A stretch of DNA of 64,000 nucleotides from Catajapyx aquilonaris. Lineage: Eukaryota. A model generated the notes under the pieces. That model was not told the DNA's origin. It made no database searches and saw nothing but the letters and a program-made list of their open reading frames with translations. The stretch covers positions 1 to 64,000 of the forward strand of contig JYFJ02001930.1 of the NCBI GenBank assembly GCA_000934665.2, in the 5' to 3' direction. Both the position numbers and the translations under genes were made by a program. Below are positions 58,801 to 64,000 of the stretch, in pieces. Numbering within the stretch: the stretch's first letter is position 1; every line of letters starts with the position of its first letter.

Positions 58801-61800
58801 CAATCTCCAAGCATTTCCTGTAGACATATTCAAAGGCAACACTATAGCAAGACACGGACTTACAACCTTTTCCATGACGTATGACCGGTGGAAAAACCAG
58901 GCAACATGACAAATCAGTGTGCATACACAGTAAGCAGATGAAAAGTGTATTCGCCATGATTTGAACCTGGGACATTCGATTACAAATATTTAAAAATATA
59001 TATAAATCTAAATCTGTTGCTCTGCCACTGGGAGTGACTGATGGGAGCTACTATACTCGTAGGTCATTCCGATGATTGACGATGAGCAATCCACAAGTTT
59101 TGAATTTGTGCTAAAACTGTACTTTTCTCTCTTTCTCGCAGGAAGGTGTAACTTAACGTTAACTCATGACTGATGTGCTACATGTTACATGCCAGTCATA
59201 ATCGATTTTACGTCCCATATATTGGGAACAAATTGGGTGGAAATAACAGCTTCAGTAATAACTAAATATGTACCGGTATTTTAGTTTGCATTGAGCTATA
59301 GGCCTAGTGCTCGAATATGGATTTCTTACAATAAAGACATTTCGGCAAAATGCTTTGAAATTATGGTGTCCTGGAGAAAATAACTGAAGCAACTTAATTA
59401 CCTGTAATAAACAACTGTGCCCCTTGATACTGTTATTTTTCTGTCTAATTATCATGCACATAAACCCACCTAATTGATTATTATTACAGAGGGTTAACTG
59501 TAACTAATAATGAATTTCTACATAAACCCAACTTCTAATATAGGGACCGCTAATTCTGCATCAGCTTTAAACTTTCATAAAATAAGCAATTCATCATAGT
59601 TATATGAAATGCAGTTGACTAGACGTAACACTAGAAGGTATGAAGCGTCTTGTCACGTAACGCATTCTAGGAATCCAGGTAAATTAGCCTGAAGATAGCC
59701 TACCCCACGACTCCCGCTTTCTGGAAATGCCATACGTATAGCTTTCTTTGCCTATCGTTGTATAGGCATACTACAGTATAGTAGCCACCAGTTGTGCATG
59801 ATCTTGATTGTTAACACGGAGGAAAAACTCCCTTTGTCACCGCGCAAGTTCTCCGAACACTTTACAGGAAAGCCATTCCGGTTTAGTCACGCTTTCCAAG
59901 CCCACAATAGAGTGTATCTGCGTATGCAACCTTGACCGCTCACCTAATTTTCCTTTGACATTAGACCTAGGCCAGGTTAACAACACCAGCTGAAATAATT
60001 GCGACTTAGGTCTATCTTTAACCCCTCATTTTTCAGTCATTTACCCTGTGTGTGATTCTGTAAGCCAAAGTTCTTATTCAAACCAAGCCAACACAGCCAC
60101 ACCAAATGACACGCCCTACACCATCAAAATAAGACCATTAATCCTGCCAGCTGCAGGCCATCTCCTAAACGTAATCGTAATTTCCGACCCTGGGATTTTT
60201 CGCTGCTACGTCATCAGCAGTCATCACCGAGTAAACAATATTGATAGCATAGGGGCGCCTATCACCATTTAAGGTGAGCTGGGAAGGTGCGAATGGCACT
60301 GCTGGGAATAATCCTGCACGTAGTTCTTATATACGAACTGTTCTAGTTGTTCTGAATGCACGGACATGACCCTTACAACTAGTGTTGTATATTATGTAAG
60401 ATGCAAAGCAAGTACAAGGAAAACTCCAGAGGTAGACCAGCCAGTTTTTTTTTTTCAATTGTAAAATTCTTCTACGCATCTGTCTTGGGTTTACTTTTAT
60501 ATACTGTTATACCGCCTATGTTCATTTCCTTTGTCACGGGTGGTTACAGTTCATACCAACATCAATTTTTTGGCAGGATTATTGTAAAATCACAAGAAGT
60601 TGTTGTAAAGTTTTGCAAAATCCGTCATTAATTTTTACACGGCTTAGGTGCATGATTATTTCAGTAGGCTTTGTTGTAACGTACTAAAGATCCAGTATAA
60701 CATAATTACACAGTGGAAAATGGAATATCCCTAAGTCAAGTCTCCCACAAGAAAATTACAACTCAACCTTCGTCAGCAGTAATATATATTTTACGATGCA
60801 TATTTTTGTCTCCTAAGTCGAAGTTTGTGCCAGATTACAAAATACAGGTTTTACCACGTCTACGGGTTAAATGCAGACCAAACTCTCGGATTGAATAGCG
60901 AAGGGGATCCAATATAATTTTTTTGATCCCTATAGTCACATTAAAATGATTTCTTCAATGCTCATCTTCGTCGAGTGTTTCCATAGACTCCCCCCCCCCC
61001 CTCAGGCTGACATTGCGGGAGCCATCCACTTTTTGTTTATTTATCATTAAAGAGTGTGAAAATTATGTGAATGTCCTTGTACAGTTTTGTACTGTAATGT
61101 TTTTCAAACCTAACTCGAACCTCCCTAAGTTTTTTCCCCGAAGTTATAAAGTTCTATTATAGCCAACCCCCAAATTCTTAGCAACACCACATCCGCTCAA
61201 ACTCCCAGTTTCAGACAATCTAGGTTACAATATTACTGAAATTGCTCACCTCCACACACACGCACGCATTTCTGATACTGACCCCTTCACGCACAATACG
61301 CAATCCCAACAAGGTCGTCCAGACACGCACACACTTCCGGGACCTCCACACCCCCCAAATAACGGGTAAGTTATATCGTATAGCCTACCACACATGGGAT
61401 CCCCTAAGTCTACCACAGCTATGAAACACATCCTCCCCGGTCAACAACTACAGATAGTCAAATGACTATGGTCTTCGTTACTTACAAATGCCATTGGAAC
61501 ACCAGACACTTCAGCACTAAGGGAGAAACTGGCAGAAGCTCTGGCGCCATCCTCTCTATATGGCAGCACACACTCCACTGACGCTGCAACCCACGCCGTG
61601 TTCACGTGTACGTACTAGGCTACTCGGGATCAAGGTCCTCCCACACTACTTCTTCCCCCTACCAGTTGGGACTCATATAGGATACCACAATGTGCGTGCG
61701 CTCTGGTCTTTTTTTTTCCGGAAAGAACAAGGCTGGCAATGTGGTTGACCAGAACAACCTGAGGAATGGGTCCAGTCTGTGGGAGACACGTGCGCATCTG

Positions 61801-64000
61801 GTAGTCCAAGAGGAATCGGGTGTTGAACCAGGAAGGGTTCTGATACTATTATTTATATTCATACCGATCGGTCAGGGAATCTAAGGAATATGGATGTGTT
61901 TGATGGCCTGCAGATACAAGGGAATCGCGCATAAAATGTCCAAAGGAAATTGAGATTGAACTGTCACCGAGGGTTGCGGCGATGCAATAAGGCTGTTTTG
62001 TTTGAATAGTCTAAGTGAAAACTCTGTGTGTTGTCCAGTAGAAACTAGAGAAAAGCAGCTAATGAATATAACCAGGCCTGCCTACACCATGTGAAACCAG
62101 CTGGGCACCATTGGTCAGCGAGCTCTTTTATATTGCAACAAGAGCCTTCTGGGATGTCACTGTTGTTGGCTATACAGCGACTTTCCTGTTTTCTTTTTAG
62201 ATGAGAGTGGACGACCATGGGGTCAACCAGGAAGTTAGCCCACATTCTGATGTGATGAACTACATTGAACGTTTCAAGTCCTTACTTATTTGGTAATCTA
62301 TAAGGCCTATGGCACAATGTAAGCAGGTGTGGCGCATGGGTCGTATTTTTGACACGCAACTGAAAGTTGCGTGTCACGTGACTTACATACACAATATGAT
62401 TGTGTACCGTAGTTGTAAAGTTGCACGTAGTCTATACAGACGTGAAAGAAGAGCTGCCTATAGGTTGACACCTTGTACCAGTTTAATTGAAACGGGACTT
62501 GCAATGCCTATCCACCACTTACGTACAGCCTGCAGGAGTATACTGTAGCGGTACTTTAAATATTATGTGTAAATGATCAAAAAAATGCAATTATTCTCGG
62601 AGATAGGGGCCACCAATAAAGTGTGTTACATTGTGCAAGAGTTACGGGACATTGACGTCGGCCGAGCAGTATGTCATGCTAAAACAAATGCATATTCAAA
62701 TATAGGACAACTTCATTTTTGGTGAATAGACATTTGGGGATGGGGTGGCACATGATTCAAGAAATTGTACCTACCTTAGGCCTGCAACTTGCAAATATTC
62801 TGCTACCGCATCGTTGTTAAGTGGGTGGGCCGAATTACCTAGGTAGTGTCGTATCTAATGTCACGTGCGTGATATGCTGATTCCATGATAAGACAAAGGT
62901 TCATTGTTCATCAGAATTTTAGACATTACTTTCACATACTGTACCGCCACTTGTTCTGTGGCATTATAATTAACAAAAGTGGGAGAATAACAAATCACAG
63001 AAAAGTTGATGTTTCGCTCTACATAAGAAGGTACAAATGAGTTGACTCAATTACGCTTCGGGACTTCTGCTTAGCTATGCAAATTATGAAGTAGCAGGTA
63101 GTGTACATTGATGTCACACATGGTTTAGGTGTTTCATAGTGATTCAGATATCAAAATGAGCTCCTGGGTACTATAGTTGTTAATTGGTCTCCGAAGCACA
63201 GCGGTTACTGAAATATTTAGCGTTAATGAATCTCCATTAAGTATTGGATATAGACTATACACCTTAACACTTCCATACACCTAATAAAATTTCATGGGAC
63301 ACCCACTGATATTGTAAATCAAAAAGGGTAATGTATAGCGTGGACCAACGAAAATATGCCACATGTTTGAAGACAATAATTATTATATGGGCACCAATGC
63401 TACGGAGACCAAAAGAAACGTCAACAGAAAGCGATCCTCTTATCTATAGTATAGTGCACCACAGAAGTTTGTTCGAATTCAACTCATATACTGTATATAG
63501 TGTAGCCTATAAGCAATGCTATTACACTGAGGGATTCCTCCTTTCATAATTTGGAGGTCTCTTGCAGGAGGAAGCAGCACATGTACGAGTGAGAATATTA
63601 AATTCCGTGCTCAAGAGAGAAAATCCCAAGCTTGTAAATATTTCCCTCCAAAGTATGTACCTTCTTGGAGCTCGAAGTATTTGTTTATGGCCCTGTCAAG
63701 TAAAAGCAGGCATGGATCCTTGAGATGTCTTCAGTCGCGACTACCGTCGTGGAAAACGCCGCAGATATAAATAATATATTATTTTCTCTTCTTCATCGCT
63801 ATTTATTTTTAGTCGATTTAGATAAGCGATATTATTATTATTTTGTTCAGGTACTGCTAACGTAACGACAAAATGCATATGCCGAACTATGTAAGTAAGA
63901 GTACGCATGTGTACAAAATGCCGAAATTTGACCTCGATATGAGCCTGTGCGCAATTGATTTTCTGATGCCGTACACCGACCCCACAAAGTATACTTATTA

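Overview
Animal genomic DNA, probably arthropod (TTAGG telomere-type repeats occur inside TEs), AT-rich and dense in transposon relics. Two intron-containing genes can be reconstructed with GT-AG sites and consistent phases, both on the minus strand and in tandem. (1) DEK chromatin protein: 9 coding exons, 24955 to 174, about 755 aa, with SAP and DEK_C domains and a YY1/CCAAT/E2F/ETS-rich promoter near 25.0-25.4 kb. (2) RNF144-like RBR E3 ubiquitin ligase: 5 coding exons, 41689 to 31315, about 648 aa, RING1-IBR-RING2-TM. Introns and intergenic DNA hold at least three tRNA-derived SINE families (one with a V-SINE-like core) that share a covarying 3' stem-loop tail, many MITEs with diagnostic TSDs (TA, 3 bp, 8 bp, 9 bp), often nested or fully palindromic, a decayed Tc1/mariner transposase and a LINE fragment. 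The last ~19 kb has no gene I can support, but contains a decayed coding-like stretch (45.1-48.5 kb) of unknown origin. I see no evidence for a wholly new multi-gene system; the most interesting signals are TE/RNA-structure level. All superfamily and family assignments come from motif recall and manual reading, not database searches.
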